A model generated the notes under the pieces. The model saw only the letters and a program-made list of their open reading frames with translations, was not told the origin of the DNA and searched no databases. The position numbers and the translations under genes are program-made. DNA of 64,000 bases from a virus, in the IMG/VR virus record IMGVR_UViG_3300045988_010396, positions 1 to 64,000 of that record. One strand, written 5' to 3'. Positions 1 to 10,681 of the stretch are shown one piece after another; within the stretch, counting starts at the first letter, position 1; every line of letters begins with the position of its first letter.

Positions 1-3000
1 GGAGTATCTCCATTATATCCTGTAATTAATGATATTGGTTTTCCTGCTGGTATCCATATATTACTGTCTATTGCAGATTCTGGACTACCCCCGAATCTAT
101 TTGATACATTGTCCCTATATAATTCTGCTATCCATGAATATCCAAAATAGGGCTTCTGTATTTCATAAGTACCATCACCAAATTCAATATATCCCTGTTG
201 TATTCTCTTACAATCTTTATCCCAAGGTACTATTCCAGTATTTGTCAAGTCTCCGCCAACATAATTGAATATATGTTCTGGAGAATAGGCACTACCTATT
301 TTCTTTAATGTAGGGAGGATTATCTGATTGTGTTTACTGCTATCATTTTCATTCACCTTATAATTAAAGGCTATCACTACATGTGGTGAGGACTTGTATT
401 TAATATTTACAGGGTCAACACCATAAGTATATTTTATATTCTTTTCTGCAACTATAAGATACTTATTACTTTGAAGGCATCTTAAAGGTACAGGAGGACT
501 TACAAAATAATTATGTAGTTTTATCTTGCTAGCATCAGTAGCATCACTCAAATTATTAAAATCAAGGCCCACAATAATGGGATACCCATATTTCTTATTA
601 AGCTTTATATTCTTGACTATGTTTACAAACTCAGCTTCAAATCCTTCTCCTACAGGAGGAGTATACTCATACTCTACAGAGTCTCTTGTAGGTACTATTA
701 TTCTGTCAACATTACCATAATAGTTTATATCATCCAATCCTGAATTTGCTGGTGCTTTTATCTTTATCATTGTCTTTTCATCAGAATCAAACAATGCTGC
801 ACCAGAAATACCTTCAGGGGGATACCATATCTTATTATTAGGCAAGTAATCTGTGAAGCCAGCAAATTTAAGATTTGACATCTTTTTCTTATTTAGAACA
901 GCTGACCTTGTATTACCTTGTGTTGCCGATATGTCATTATTCAATGAGCCTTCCCTATGCCAAGGATAAACTAAAAAGGACATATCCTTTATTTTTGCTG
1001 TCTCATCATAACTACATACTTCATCATAATAATACATACCAGATATAAGACTCTTAGTACCATTCTGGGATATGTTCTTTACTCCTACATTCTCTTTATA
1101 TACCCCAGGCATATCAGGACTGTTCTGTGGAGTAGTAGTCTGTATATCTATATCTGAAGCATTTGCAGTATATACAGCTCTTCCTACAATCCTAAACTTT
1201 ACATCAGATAAATCAAGGTTTGATATAGAAGTATCAAATTCTATATCTGGAGAATGAAAGGTGACTATAGATTGGTCTATGAAGAAGTACTCTTTGTTCT
1301 TACTAATCCACCCAGGTAATACATTATCAGATACATCTGATGTATAAGGATTACTAGGTACATTAGCCAAGCATTGTATTTCTGCATTTCTACTCCAATT
1401 ATCTGGTATAGGATAATTATGTCTGAACTCTGCCCAAGCTCCCATATTGACTATATCATAATACTTACCCTCTATAGTATGATTATAGTTATACCAAGTA
1501 GTATTCCAATCATCTATAAGATTCTTAGCCATAGTATCATCTACACCAAGATTAGGTCTTGTAAACCAAGATGCCTGTGCAAATGGTGAATTACTGCACC
1601 TGTCCTCCATATTATATACAGTAGGGCATACAATACCTTGAGCTATTACTTCCCTGTCATTTATAGTAGGAGGGACCATTATACCTCTTACTTTGACAAA
1701 GCCTTCTTCAATAGCTATATCAATCAAATCCTTTTCTAAGGTCAACTTGGCTTGTACCACCTCTATAGGAGTTGGGGTAACAGACTCATTCTGTATATCT
1801 TTTACAAAGAATGCTTCAGACCATTTACCATCCCTTCTCTGAAACTGTAAACCAAACCTATACCAATCAAGATGCTTGAATCCTCTTATATCAGGATTTG
1901 ATAAGTGATTATTATAAGAATAATACCCAGTAAGGCTATTATCATATTCAATCTTTCTTTTATTGAATATTATGTCTTTACCTTTTAATTTTTTTGCAAA
2001 TTCCTTTGAAGGAGAGTTCTTCAAAGTTATATTACCTAGAAACAATGTACTGTCTTTACTTGTCATTGTCTTAGGTATTATCTCTTCTCCTCCTATATAA
2101 AGTAACTCTGTAGGGTCTATAGTAACTCCTGTAGTGCCTGTATCAGTATATTCTATTGTAGTATTGTTTATAGTTATATCTGCAACATTGGTTACTGTAG
2201 GGACAGCATCTATTGAAGTTCTATGTATTGAGTATATTCTTAAAAAGTCAAAAGAATCATCTACTCCTGTTAACTTTATCTTGAAGCTATTACTTATCTT
2301 GTCTTCTGGACTTGCACCTCTGTCTTTATAAGATATATAGTTTATAGGAGTAGTATAGAATATATTACTCTCCTGACCATATAGATTATAATAAGAAAAA
2401 GCATATTGTATTATTCCTGCTGCAAAAGTACCTCCAAACCCAAGTCTTTGTACTGAAACCTCTTCCTGTAATTTAAGTTTCTGTATAAAGTCAAAAGAAT
2501 TGTCATCCCATTTATCTCTTACTTCTTTCTTTGAAGTAATATTTATTACTCTTGCTTGATTCTCCCCATCAATCCAATATACTTTTTGAATATCATTATT
2601 TTCAAATACACCCAGACTTTCAATAGGATTAGATACATCAAACTTAAGATTACCTTTATATAGGACAATGCATTCAAAGTATTTCCCTTCAGTATCCTCT
2701 TTCTTAGTAAGTCTATATATTGTATCTTCCTGTTTGTTTTCTTTAATGTCAGTAGTAAATAGTGTAACATATTCATTAAGTACATTATACCCTATTACAG
2801 TACCATTGATACCTGTAACATCTTTATTAGCATCCTTTAAGATAATCTCCTTGTTACCTTTCTCATTAGTTATAGACAAGAGGGTATTATGGTCTCTTGC
2901 AGTTATTCTTATGTTCTGGGCATCAAAGGCAAACTCAGAGCTGAACTTACTTACTGTAAGGTCTCTTTGTATGCCCTTGATAGTATGTGTAGAAGACTTT

Positions 3001-3005
3001 ATCAT
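1..3005 (-). CDS. large virion/tail-associated structural protein, 5'-complete, runs off window start (>1000 aa)
   Basis: Hand translation of the minus strand from ATG at 3005..3003 (MIKSSTHTIKGIQRDLTVSKFSSEFAFDAQN...) stays open to at least 2520. No other frame has a >=60-aa ORF across 1-3000. Missing from the ORF track presumably because there is no stop inside the window. It is the distal gene of the structural operon. Confidence 0.45.
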   Translation of the reverse strand, partial: MIKSSTHTIKGIQRDLTVSKFSSEFAFDAQNIRITARDHNTLLSITNEKGNKEIILKDANKDVTGINGTVIGYNVLNEYVTLFTTDIKENKQEDTIYRLTKKEDTEGKYFECIVLYKGNLKFDVSNPIESLGVFENNDIQKVYWIDGENQARVINITSKKEVRDKWDDNSFDFIQKLKLQEEVSVQRLGFGGTFAAGIIQYAFSYYNLYGQESNIFYTTPINYISYKDRGASPEDKISNSFKIKLTGVDDSFDFLRIYSIHRTSIDAVPTVTNVADITINNTTIEYTDTGTTGVTIDPTELLYIGGEEIIPKTMTSKDSTLFLGNITLKNSPSKEFAKKLKGKDIIFNKRKIEYDNSLTGYYSYNNHLSNPDIRGFKHLDWYRFGLQFQRRDGKWSEAFFVKDIQNESVTPTPIEVVQAKLTLEKDLIDIAIEEGFVKVRGIMVPPTINDREVIAQGIVCPTVYNMEDRCSNSPFAQASWFTRPNLGVDDTMAKNLIDDWNTTWYNYNHTIEGKYYDIVNMGAWAEFRHNYPIPDNWSRNAEIQCLANVPSNPYTSDVSDNVLPGWISKNKEYFFIDQSIVTFHSPDIEFDTSISNLDLSDVKFRIVGRAVYTANASDIDIQTTTPQNSPDMPGVYKENVGVKNISQNGTKSLISGMYYYDEVCSYDETAKIKDMSFLVYPWHREGSLNNDISATQGNTRSAVLNKKKMSNLKFAGFTDYLPNNKIWYPPEGISGAALFDSDEKTMIKIKAPANSGLDDINYYGNVDRIIVPTRDSVEYEYTPPVGEGFEAEFVNIVKNIKLNKKYGYPIIVGLDFNNLSDATDASKIKLHNYFVSPPVPLRCLQSNKYLIVAEKNIKYTYGVDPVNIKYKSSPHVVIAFNYKVNENDSSKHNQIILPTLKKIGSAYSPEHIFNYVGGDLTNTGIVPWDKDCKRIQQGYIEFGDGTYEIQKPYFGYSWIAELYRDNVSNRFGGSPESAIDSNIWIPAGKPISLITGYNGDT

Positions 3006-3682
3006 ATCATTGCATCTTTATATATCCATTTATATCCAGCTCTAGATTTTCTTTCCCCTCTACAGCACCTAATAATATCTCTATCAGATTTTATATTAAG
3101 ACTTCTTGCAGCTTCTTTTATAGAGGGAAACTCCCTTATAAACTCCCCTTCTAAACTAAGCTGAATAACTGGTTTAGCTAGAAGAATTTTTACTATAGCC
3201 ACTCCTTTGTCATATATTTCTTTTTTCATGGGTCTACCTTTCAAAGCAGAAGAAATCTTATTTTTATGACTCTCTGAGAGCACTCTACCCTTCCTTTGGT
3301 TAGACCACTTAACTCTAGTATTTTCAGTAGGAGTCCAACTACACCCTAAATGACCATCTCCTCCATTAGTTATGTTATAGGATATTCCTAGACCTTTATA
3401 ATGTCTAATTAACTCTATTTCTAATTTTTTAGCCTTATCCCCGTCTAAATTGGTGAATAATATTTCATGTTTTATATTATCCCATCCATATTTATTTATA
3501 GCTCTTTGAAAAAGAATACAGTTAGAATATCCAGTGCCATATCTCCATCTTCTATTTATTTCCTTTGAGGTAATACCTATATATACTTTACCAGATGGAG
3601 ATATATGTCTATAAACAGTCCATTTAGTGTTTTCTAATATATTCTTTGCTTCCAAGATGTTTGAATCCATATCTAAATTCAT
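3002..3682 (-). CDS. GIY-YIG homing endonuclease (I-TevI-like, with NUMOD3-type repeats)
   Basis: N-terminal VYRHISPSGKVYIGITS...NRRW (GIY-YIG core); C-terminal SESHKNKISSALKGR repeats; free-standing between structural genes. Confidence 0.75.
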   Translation of the reverse strand: MNLDMDSNILEAKNILENTKWTVYRHISPSGKVYIGITSKEINRRWRYGTGYSNCILFQRAINKYGWDNIKHEILFTNLDGDKAKKLEIELIRHYKGLGISYNITNGGDGHLGCSWTPTENTRVKWSNQRKGRVLSESHKNKISSALKGRPMKKEIYDKGVAIVKILLAKPVIQLSLEGEFIREFPSIKEAARSLNIKSDRDIIRCCRGERKSRAGYKWIYKDAMI

Positions 3683-4310
3683 TAGTTCTTGATAATAATT
3701 GATTCCAAGAGTTTGTTAATGCTTCCATTTCACTAACTGATGGAATTAAGAACTCGTTATTGCATTGTCCAGCAGCAAAAGCGTAAGATTGTTGAGTGTT
3801 CTGTAGCACAGCAGGACTAATCTTTCCCATATCAAACAGGATGGTAAACCATTCCTTCTTTATGTATAGCTCCAGAGTTTTTAGGAACACTGGATTATCT
3901 GGAAGCAAAGGTAATCCGCCATCATCAGTAGGGATAGCCTTGTAACTAAGCTCTATGTCTCCTGTCTTGAAGGAGGTAAATATTACAGAGCCTTGGATTT
4001 TGAAAGACAACTCACCCTTATCTTCTGAGTGAGTACCATTGAAGTTATCAGTCATAGCTCTCAAACATACACCATTCCTGGCTAATCTTACCTGGTTTAT
4101 AGCAATCAGGTCACAAGGTAAGATACCTCTAAAGTTATCTATACATATTGTAGTTACCTTATCTGCATAGATATTAGGTAATCCCATAGCAGCAAAGAAA
4201 TCTAAAGTATATTGTATAGCTGCTTCTGTTGACAAATCCTGTAGTAGTGGATGCCTTAGAAGTCTTGATAAAACCTCTTTTATAGATATATAATTAAATT
4301 CACTTACCAT
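3624..4310 (-). CDS. hypothetical virion protein
   Basis: 228-aa ORF in co-directional, tightly packed structural block; start overlaps neighbour. Confidence 0.5.
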   Translation of the reverse strand: MVSEFNYISIKEVLSRLLRHPLLQDLSTEAAIQYTLDFFAAMGLPNIYADKVTTICIDNFRGILPCDLIAINQVRLARNGVCLRAMTDNFNGTHSEDKGELSFKIQGSVIFTSFKTGDIELSYKAIPTDDGGLPLLPDNPVFLKTLELYIKKEWFTILFDMGKISPAVLQNTQQSYAFAAGQCNNEFLIPSVSEMEALTNSWNQLLSRTNEFRYGFKHLGSKEYIRKH

Positions 4311-4860
4311 ACCTATCTCTCCTTCCTATAAGAAGAGCATCTATGATGCCCTGTTTAATGTTATGCTTAAGTCTTAGTCTTAAGTCCTTATTGAAGACCA
4401 ACTCATAGAAAGACCTATTGTTGAAGTTAACATCTTCTTTGTTATAGAGCACCTTATATATCTCCTGTTCATCAAGTCTTAACAGAGTCTTGTCTTTATA
4501 TGCTTCCTCATCTTCATACCATAGCTTAAGAGTATTGTCCCAGTCTATAGGAAGGTTAGTCTTGACCTTACCATTCTCATCTATTCTGACTGACTTCTCA
4601 TACTTCCTTACTTCTATAGTACCCATTCTATGGGGTAGCTTAACCTCATTACCTGTCACTATATCATCAACAAGCAAGTTATTTATTTGCCTAATAATAG
4701 CAAAGTACTGTGACTCTGACAGTACATACTTCTTATCATCAGGCTTGTTCTTTCTATAGTATTTATAGCCAGAATATACACCAAGACTATTCCTTATCTT
4801 ATGCTCTCTAGGCATACTGGCTCTTCTTACTCTTTTCTTAAACTCTATAAGACTTTCCAT
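4300..4860 (-). CDS. hypothetical protein (basic, K/R-rich)
   Basis: 186-aa ORF, overlapping stop/start with neighbours. Confidence 0.5.
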   Translation of the reverse strand: MESLIEFKKRVRRASMPREHKIRNSLGVYSGYKYYRKNKPDDKKYVLSESQYFAIIRQINNLLVDDIVTGNEVKLPHRMGTIEVRKYEKSVRIDENGKVKTNLPIDWDNTLKLWYEDEEAYKDKTLLRLDEQEIYKVLYNKEDVNFNNRSFYELVFNKDLRLRLKHNIKQGIIDALLIGRRDRYGK

Positions 4861-5624
4861 TACTCAAGTTGTTTAGCAAGGTTTGACTTAGAGTTTCTCC
4901 TCACAAAGTCTGCCAATGTAGCAAATTCATCCTTAGCATTATTCTCATCATCTTCAGGAGTATAAGAAGCACTCCTTAATTCCTTCACTACCATTTGAAT
5001 TAACTCTGGAATTAAAGGCTCTTCTATAGGAAACTCCTTATCAAGTAAATCACAGGTATCATCACTATTATCACATGACAGCTCAGACATCTTTTCAGCA
5101 TCCTCAAAAATAGCAGAGAATCTTACCTTTTCTAAATATAGGTATTGAGGATTCCATGACTTGAAGTACAGATAACCATCAGGTGCTATAGAACAGTAGA
5201 TGATATTCTTCATCCACTTATTATAGCCTACATATCTCATCCTGTCTCTGCTTATATATGTTATCTCACCTTGATAGTAATCTATAGGATATACCCTAGG
5301 ATTGCCTACCATTAGAGTAACAGGTATTTTATCTTTACTCCTCAAGTATGAGCCTCCTTCACATACTTCACCACTAATAGCTGGAACCTCTATAAGGTCT
5401 AAGCATATAGTCTGATAGTTACTCTCTGGTATCTGTCTTCTTATATCTGAATATCTTTGCTTTAATAATAGTGCTCTATATTTGCCTAATAGAAAAGCAA
5501 TGTGCTCCTCTGTATAAGTGAAATCATCTGATGAGCCTTTTATCTCATCAAGAACCATGTATATAGCTTCTCTCCACTTCATTATATCTGTATATAAATA
5601 ATTAAACCTATTGCAAAGATACAA
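4860..5624 (-). CDS. hypothetical virion protein
   Basis: 254-aa ORF in structural block. Confidence 0.5.
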   Translation of the reverse strand: MYLCNRFNYLYTDIMKWREAIYMVLDEIKGSSDDFTYTEEHIAFLLGKYRALLLKQRYSDIRRQIPESNYQTICLDLIEVPAISGEVCEGGSYLRSKDKIPVTLMVGNPRVYPIDYYQGEITYISRDRMRYVGYNKWMKNIIYCSIAPDGYLYFKSWNPQYLYLEKVRFSAIFEDAEKMSELSCDNSDDTCDLLDKEFPIEEPLIPELIQMVVKELRSASYTPEDDENNAKDEFATLADFVRRNSKSNLAKQLE

Positions 5625-5660
5625 ATTATATTATATCCCCGCAATAGGTTAAATAGTTTA

Positions 5661-6005
5661 TTATTCATTTACTAACCTAAGTAGTTCATCCTCACTGAAT
5701 CTTAGTATATCATCCTCAGTTATTCTAGGAGTGACATCATTCAGTGCCTGAACTAATGAGGTATTTACTATAAATTCTGGATAAGGTATAAGACAAGTAG
5801 AGCCAAATAGACAGTATAGTATATTAGTTATTGCCTTATAATCTTCCTCACTAATGTATATACTTAAGGAACTTCTTAGTAATTCCTCTATGAACAATAG
5901 GACCAGCAGTTTGTTTACCTCTTTATACTCTTTGTACCCGAAGGTTGACAAAGCCTTAAAATAATTGCTGACCCCAGTATAAGCCATATTATCAAGTCCA
6001 TCCAT
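5661..6005 (-). CDS. hypothetical protein
   Basis: 114-aa ORF co-directional. Confidence 0.45.
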   Translation of the reverse strand: MDGLDNMAYTGVSNYFKALSTFGYKEYKEVNKLLVLLFIEELLRSSLSIYISEEDYKAITNILYCLFGSTCLIPYPEFIVNTSLVQALNDVTPRITEDDILRFSEDELLRLVNE

Positions 6006-6591
6006 GACATCTGCATCCAGTATTTATATTTTTACTTTTAACTCCCCTAAAGAACTTATCCCAATACTTGGTAGCTTGTGCATAGTGGCCTGTCCTTATG
6101 CTTAACTCAAGTGCCTTGAATCTGAGTAAGGCATCTATGAAGTTCTTTGGTATCTCACATTCATTATTTACCTCCTTTATATATCCAATCATAGACTGAT
6201 ATATAGGATATAAGTTACATACTACTCCAAGAGTAGTAGTATTATCCATACCACAAGGAGTATCAGGAGAAGGAGTACCCTTAACTATAACATATACAAA
6301 GAACAAAGTATCATTTATGACTACTCCCAAATCCTTACTATCCAGCTCAAGTCTTATTCTCTTAGGCTTAACATTATTGTCTATAGTCACCAGGGACTCT
6401 ACAGATGGAGTATCTACCTCATACTTATATATAGGCTTTGTACTTACACCATTCTCTATATAAGTATCTTGGGAATCTATAGCTACAGCATCAATATAGA
6501 CATCCTTATAATAATCTAAATTCTTAACAGAAGCATCTATTACAAGTTTACTACCCTCAAGAGAAACCCTTAGTTCATTAAAATCTACCAT
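5992..6591 (-). CDS. hypothetical virion protein
   Basis: 199-aa ORF co-directional. Confidence 0.5.
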   Translation of the reverse strand: MVDFNELRVSLEGSKLVIDASVKNLDYYKDVYIDAVAIDSQDTYIENGVSTKPIYKYEVDTPSVESLVTIDNNVKPKRIRLELDSKDLGVVINDTLFFVYVIVKGTPSPDTPCGMDNTTTLGVVCNLYPIYQSMIGYIKEVNNECEIPKNFIDALLRFKALELSIRTGHYAQATKYWDKFFRGVKSKNINTGCRCHGWT

Positions 6592-6609
6592 ACTTAAAAC
6601 ATTAAAGGG

Positions 6610-6641
6610 TTAATAAAAAAGGGAGTATTGAATATACTCCC
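6610..6641 (-). terminator. rho-independent terminator candidate downstream of the 333-aa gene
   Basis: Perfect 8-bp hairpin gggagtat-tgaat-atactccc (6621..6641), followed in the minus sense by TTTTTT (6620..6615). Confidence 0.5.
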
Positions 6642-6657
6642 TATACTTAAGTTCCCT

Positions 6658-7659
6658 TTAAGCCCAAGCAGCTATTTGCTTGTCTGTAGGCAACTTTGCA
6701 TTTACAGCAGTGATAAGAGCCTTCATTGCAGTATGACTGTCATCATCAACACAAACTAGTGTAATATCCTTCTCAGACTTCTGTACACTCTCATTACTGT
6801 CAGTGAAAGCATAATGAATGTCAAGAGTATCATACTTAGCTGTTGGGTCTACTAGATAAGTAGTCTTGATAATATTAGGATAGCCCATCATTCTATAGTG
6901 GTCTCCTCTAGCACCCATACAGAAGTACTCAAGGTCAGCAATATTATGACCATTATCTACATAATGTGCAGGAGTGGCCTTTTCTACCTTACCCCAGATG
7001 TAATCATCTCCATTGTAAGTAATCTCCATAGGCTGCACATCAAACTTAATGTACTCTTGGGGCATAGTACCAAGTTCCCAACTCTGGATAGCCTCCTCAA
7101 GGATAACCCCAGTGTATGTGCCTGTCAAGTCAGCAGCCTTAGTAGCCTTCTTGACCTCTGTCTCTGAGCTTTTATCCTTTAGATATACAGTAAGTAGAGG
7201 TGTAGTATCTCTAGATACACTGGCTACTATAGACAATGCCATAGCCTTGTAGAAATCAGATGCTGACATATTGGCACCTGCCTTCACATAGCCATACTTC
7301 TGGTTTGTGTCCTCCTCACCAAGACCTATATACTGACTGAATACTATTCTTGTAATATACTCCTCTCCAGCCACAGGAGCATCTGATACACCACCATCAA
7401 GAGTAAGAAGTACTCTCTTCAAAGGATGTCTCAGTGCATCAGACTTAGTAGCACTGACACTTATAATCTTATCAGTGTCAATAATGTCACTTCTAACTAT
7501 ACCTCCAGGTGACATGTATTGGAAATACAAATGAGTCTTTGCTGTATCTCCCTTGGGTAGGATAGAGCCTGCTGCATCTGTAGCAAGAAGATTAGCTCCA
7601 GTCTTCAAGGTCTTTGCTACATACAGATGTCTTACTTGATTGATACTAAAATTAGCCAT
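6658..7659 (-). CDS. abundant structural protein candidate (major tail/capsid-like), function unassigned
   Basis: 333-aa ORF followed by a strong terminator hairpin, typical of a highly expressed virion gene. Confidence 0.45.
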   Translation of the reverse strand: MANFSINQVRHLYVAKTLKTGANLLATDAAGSILPKGDTAKTHLYFQYMSPGGIVRSDIIDTDKIISVSATKSDALRHPLKRVLLTLDGGVSDAPVAGEEYITRIVFSQYIGLGEEDTNQKYGYVKAGANMSASDFYKAMALSIVASVSRDTTPLLTVYLKDKSSETEVKKATKAADLTGTYTGVILEEAIQSWELGTMPQEYIKFDVQPMEITYNGDDYIWGKVEKATPAHYVDNGHNIADLEYFCMGARGDHYRMMGYPNIIKTTYLVDPTAKYDTLDIHYAFTDSNESVQKSEKDITLVCVDDDSHTAMKALITAVNAKLPTDKQIAAWA

Positions 7660-7681
7660 TTCTTAAATAGTTTAATTAAAC

Positions 7682-8380
7682 TTATTGTTTTATATTCTGC
7701 ATTCTACTTGTAAGAGCGTTCTGCACAGCTCTTACTAAAATCATATCTTGTAATGCTGAGTGCATCTTGCATGGATTCTCATTATACTTACCATTTATAT
7801 TCAATCCATCTGGTAAGTCTACAAGTATTATAGGCTCTGGTTCCGATAGGTATCTAACCAGATAATCCTTAATATTGTACTTTGATACCAATTCTACAAT
7901 ACCTTCTGATATATCCAGCCTCAGCACTCTTCTCTCATTAGAGCTTCTAAAGGGATTATCCTTCACTCTGTGATATTCATCCTGGGTTACTGGGACTACC
8001 TGTATATTTTCCCCAGACTTACAACCCAAGGAGGAATCATCAAGATTAACTGACTCATAAGTTATAAACCACAAGTCTGAGGGTAACTTGAAAAACACAG
8101 AGTTACTGGATAATCCTGTATGGTTCTCTTTTTCTGGTGTCTTATAGGTTTTGACTAATGCCTCCAAGTATCTCCTGGCTTCTTCTGTTTTTTCAAAAGA
8201 CAGCCCTGTATTGCTTCTCCCATTATATACTTCCAAGATGATGTCCTTTTGAGCATTTGTCAAGAATATAGATTTCTCATACTCATCAAATTCTAATAGC
8301 TCAGTTGGAACATTCTTATATATGGAAGAGTAAGAAGATACAAGAGTGTCAAATTTTTCTGAAAGTTCTCTTGTACTCAT
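7682..8380 (-). CDS. hypothetical virion protein, paralog of the 8377..9621 product
   Basis: N-termini align (MSTRELSEKFDTL...EYEKSIFLTNAQKDI vs MTTQEFSNEFDVL...EYEKSVLLTKAQREI) and the C-terminal LQ..RAV motif is shared. Confidence 0.5.
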   Translation of the reverse strand: MSTRELSEKFDTLVSSYSSIYKNVPTELLEFDEYEKSIFLTNAQKDIILEVYNGRSNTGLSFEKTEEARRYLEALVKTYKTPEKENHTGLSSNSVFFKLPSDLWFITYESVNLDDSSLGCKSGENIQVVPVTQDEYHRVKDNPFRSSNERRVLRLDISEGIVELVSKYNIKDYLVRYLSEPEPIILVDLPDGLNINGKYNENPCKMHSALQDMILVRAVQNALTSRMQNIKQ

Positions 8381-9621
8381 CCTTTATTATTTGAAGGGAT
8401 TATGCCTATGTTTGTAGCACTGGCATTACCTATAGCAAGAGTAGTATTCAAGTCTCCAGAATATGCTGATTTAGCCAATTCCACTGCTCTCTGTAGTATT
8501 TCACTATGCAATTCCTCAGCTAACTCACACTCTGTTATTTTGTCTATACCATCTATAGTTACTCCCATATCACTAATATCATCAAGTATTATAGGCTTTG
8601 GTTTCTTCACATACCTCATTTGATATTGTAAATTACTGCCAAATTTACCTATTACTTCTGCCAATGGAAGATTAATTACTTTACCTACCAATGGATATTT
8701 TAACTCTGATACAAGTACTTTTTTAGGTGCGTCACAGTTAATAAGACCATCAGTATGTGTATAAGCTTTTTCTATATCTCCATCAGGCTGCTCTATAGGA
8801 AAGACAGTGCCAGATGTCTTGAAGTAGGTATCAAATGCTTTTTTGAGTATGTCAACATAAGTTTCCAAGTCAACTTTTTCAGCACTGGCATTTGTCTTTA
8901 CAGTAAATGTGACATCATAGTAAGTACCTGAATCACCCCACCCACTATCCATAATAACTGTTACATACCCCTTCAAATCTGGATAGGGTATTGTAAGTAT
9001 TCTATTATTATAAATAGTACTGTCTTCTGTTATAGGAGTACTTATATTTGCTTCTAACTTAAAATTAATATGTAATTCCCTCTTTTTGTCAGCCCAACTA
9101 CTAACTAACTTAAAATCAGTAGCACTTCCATCTATATACTCTTGAATGTAATTGCAATTCTTCTTATCAGTTATTAGTCTCCATGCTACTCTCCTAGGAG
9201 GATATGGATAAGGCTTAGTCATCATCCTCTGGTATTCAACATAGGTAATAGGCTGTACAGAGTAGAACTGATTGTTATCACACAAGAGTTCATTCACACT
9301 CAGAAAATAATCAGATGGGAATAAATACACCTTACTCCTTTTATCTATTTTCTCTTCAAGAGAGACTCTCTCCTTTATAGAGTTAATATCAAAAAGTTTA
9401 GCTACTCTTACCAGAACTGAGAAATCATATTGTCTCTTTTCATCACTATCAAATCCTGCTCTGGATTTGTTTGAAGTAGGATTAAAGTAAGCCTTTACTA
9501 TTTCACGCTGTGCCTTAGTAAGCAGTACAGACTTCTCATACTCATTTACTCCAGGAGCAGCATTTGATGCAAGATTATTATAGAGTACATCAAACTCATT
9601 TGAGAACTCTTGAGTAGTCAT
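8377..9621 (-). CDS. hypothetical virion protein, longer paralog of the 7682..8380 product
   Basis: 414 aa; shared N- and C-terminal segments with the downstream neighbour. Confidence 0.5.
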   Translation of the reverse strand: MTTQEFSNEFDVLYNNLASNAAPGVNEYEKSVLLTKAQREIVKAYFNPTSNKSRAGFDSDEKRQYDFSVLVRVAKLFDINSIKERVSLEEKIDKRSKVYLFPSDYFLSVNELLCDNNQFYSVQPITYVEYQRMMTKPYPYPPRRVAWRLITDKKNCNYIQEYIDGSATDFKLVSSWADKKRELHINFKLEANISTPITEDSTIYNNRILTIPYPDLKGYVTVIMDSGWGDSGTYYDVTFTVKTNASAEKVDLETYVDILKKAFDTYFKTSGTVFPIEQPDGDIEKAYTHTDGLINCDAPKKVLVSELKYPLVGKVINLPLAEVIGKFGSNLQYQMRYVKKPKPIILDDISDMGVTIDGIDKITECELAEELHSEILQRAVELAKSAYSGDLNTTLAIGNASATNIGIIPSNNKG

Positions 9622-9625
9622 ATTA

Positions 9626-10609
9626 TTACTTCTTTAATTTAGCCTCTATAGCAAATTTCAACTCCTGATGCTTAGGCATATTCAGATACTTTGCTGCAAT
9701 GTTAAGAGTAGGCTCTTCATTATCCTCACATAGAGGAGTACCATCAGCCTTTAAGTATAGCATGCCACCTCTGTTACTGATAAGACCACCTTCAATAGCC
9801 TTCTTGATAAGAACCTTAGTACTTAACAGAGGGTCAGTTGCTACTCTTACAAAGAGCCTAGCATCAGCTTGAATAAGCTTACCAACCTTCTCTTGCAGGA
9901 ACTCAATCTTAGAGTTCTTAGATGTAGGTCTACCATCAATAGTCTCAATGATAGTTCTAAGTATATCTGCATTCTCCTGTATCTTACCAAACTCCATATA
10001 AGCCTGCATAGTTGCATTCATCTTCTTCTTAGAAGCCTGTGACTCCTCATTCTCGTGGATGATTACAAACTGGTATGTAGCTTTAGGGTGGTCTTCAAGG
10101 TCTTGAAGAGATGGTGCTATCAGGTCTTTGTTTGCTAAAAGCACCTTATATTTGATATAATCATCTGGGTCAGCTAGGTTAAGGAAGTTGTCTTGCTTAG
10201 TCAGCCTCACCTGATAATTATCCCAGAAATTATCTACCTTATTATATATTGACAGTGCATTGTACTCAAGTCCCATCACTTCCTCTAGACAAGCCTTCTC
10301 AGCATTAGTAAGTACATTTACATACATGCCAGATGTAAGTCTAGGAACAGTAAGCCATCTTACTGCACCCTCTGCCATACCTCCATATAGGATATGCTTA
10401 GGGTCTCTTACTATACCTGTCTCTTTAGGTACATGCTTTACAATGACTCTCTCATTTCTCAAGCAGTTGACTATAGGCTCATCTACAGCAGCAGATTGCT
10501 CAGCCTGTCTTCTCCTTGGTTGTTTAACTGGTGCCTCAACTACCTCCTGCATTGGAGTCTCATCCATTATAGTATCAACATCCAGTATTACTTCTCCTTC
10601 TTTACCCAT
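9626..10609 (-). CDS. hypothetical virion protein
   Basis: 327-aa ORF immediately downstream of the putative capsid gene. Confidence 0.5.
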   Translation of the reverse strand: MGKEGEVILDVDTIMDETPMQEVVEAPVKQPRRRQAEQSAAVDEPIVNCLRNERVIVKHVPKETGIVRDPKHILYGGMAEGAVRWLTVPRLTSGMYVNVLTNAEKACLEEVMGLEYNALSIYNKVDNFWDNYQVRLTKQDNFLNLADPDDYIKYKVLLANKDLIAPSLQDLEDHPKATYQFVIIHENEESQASKKKMNATMQAYMEFGKIQENADILRTIIETIDGRPTSKNSKIEFLQEKVGKLIQADARLFVRVATDPLLSTKVLIKKAIEGGLISNRGGMLYLKADGTPLCEDNEEPTLNIAAKYLNMPKHQELKFAIEAKLKK

Positions 10610-10681
10610 TTTTGTTCTTCTCCTTAATAGTTAGTTTATAGAAATAAGGGGGACAAGGGATTACCTCATCCCCCTAATACC

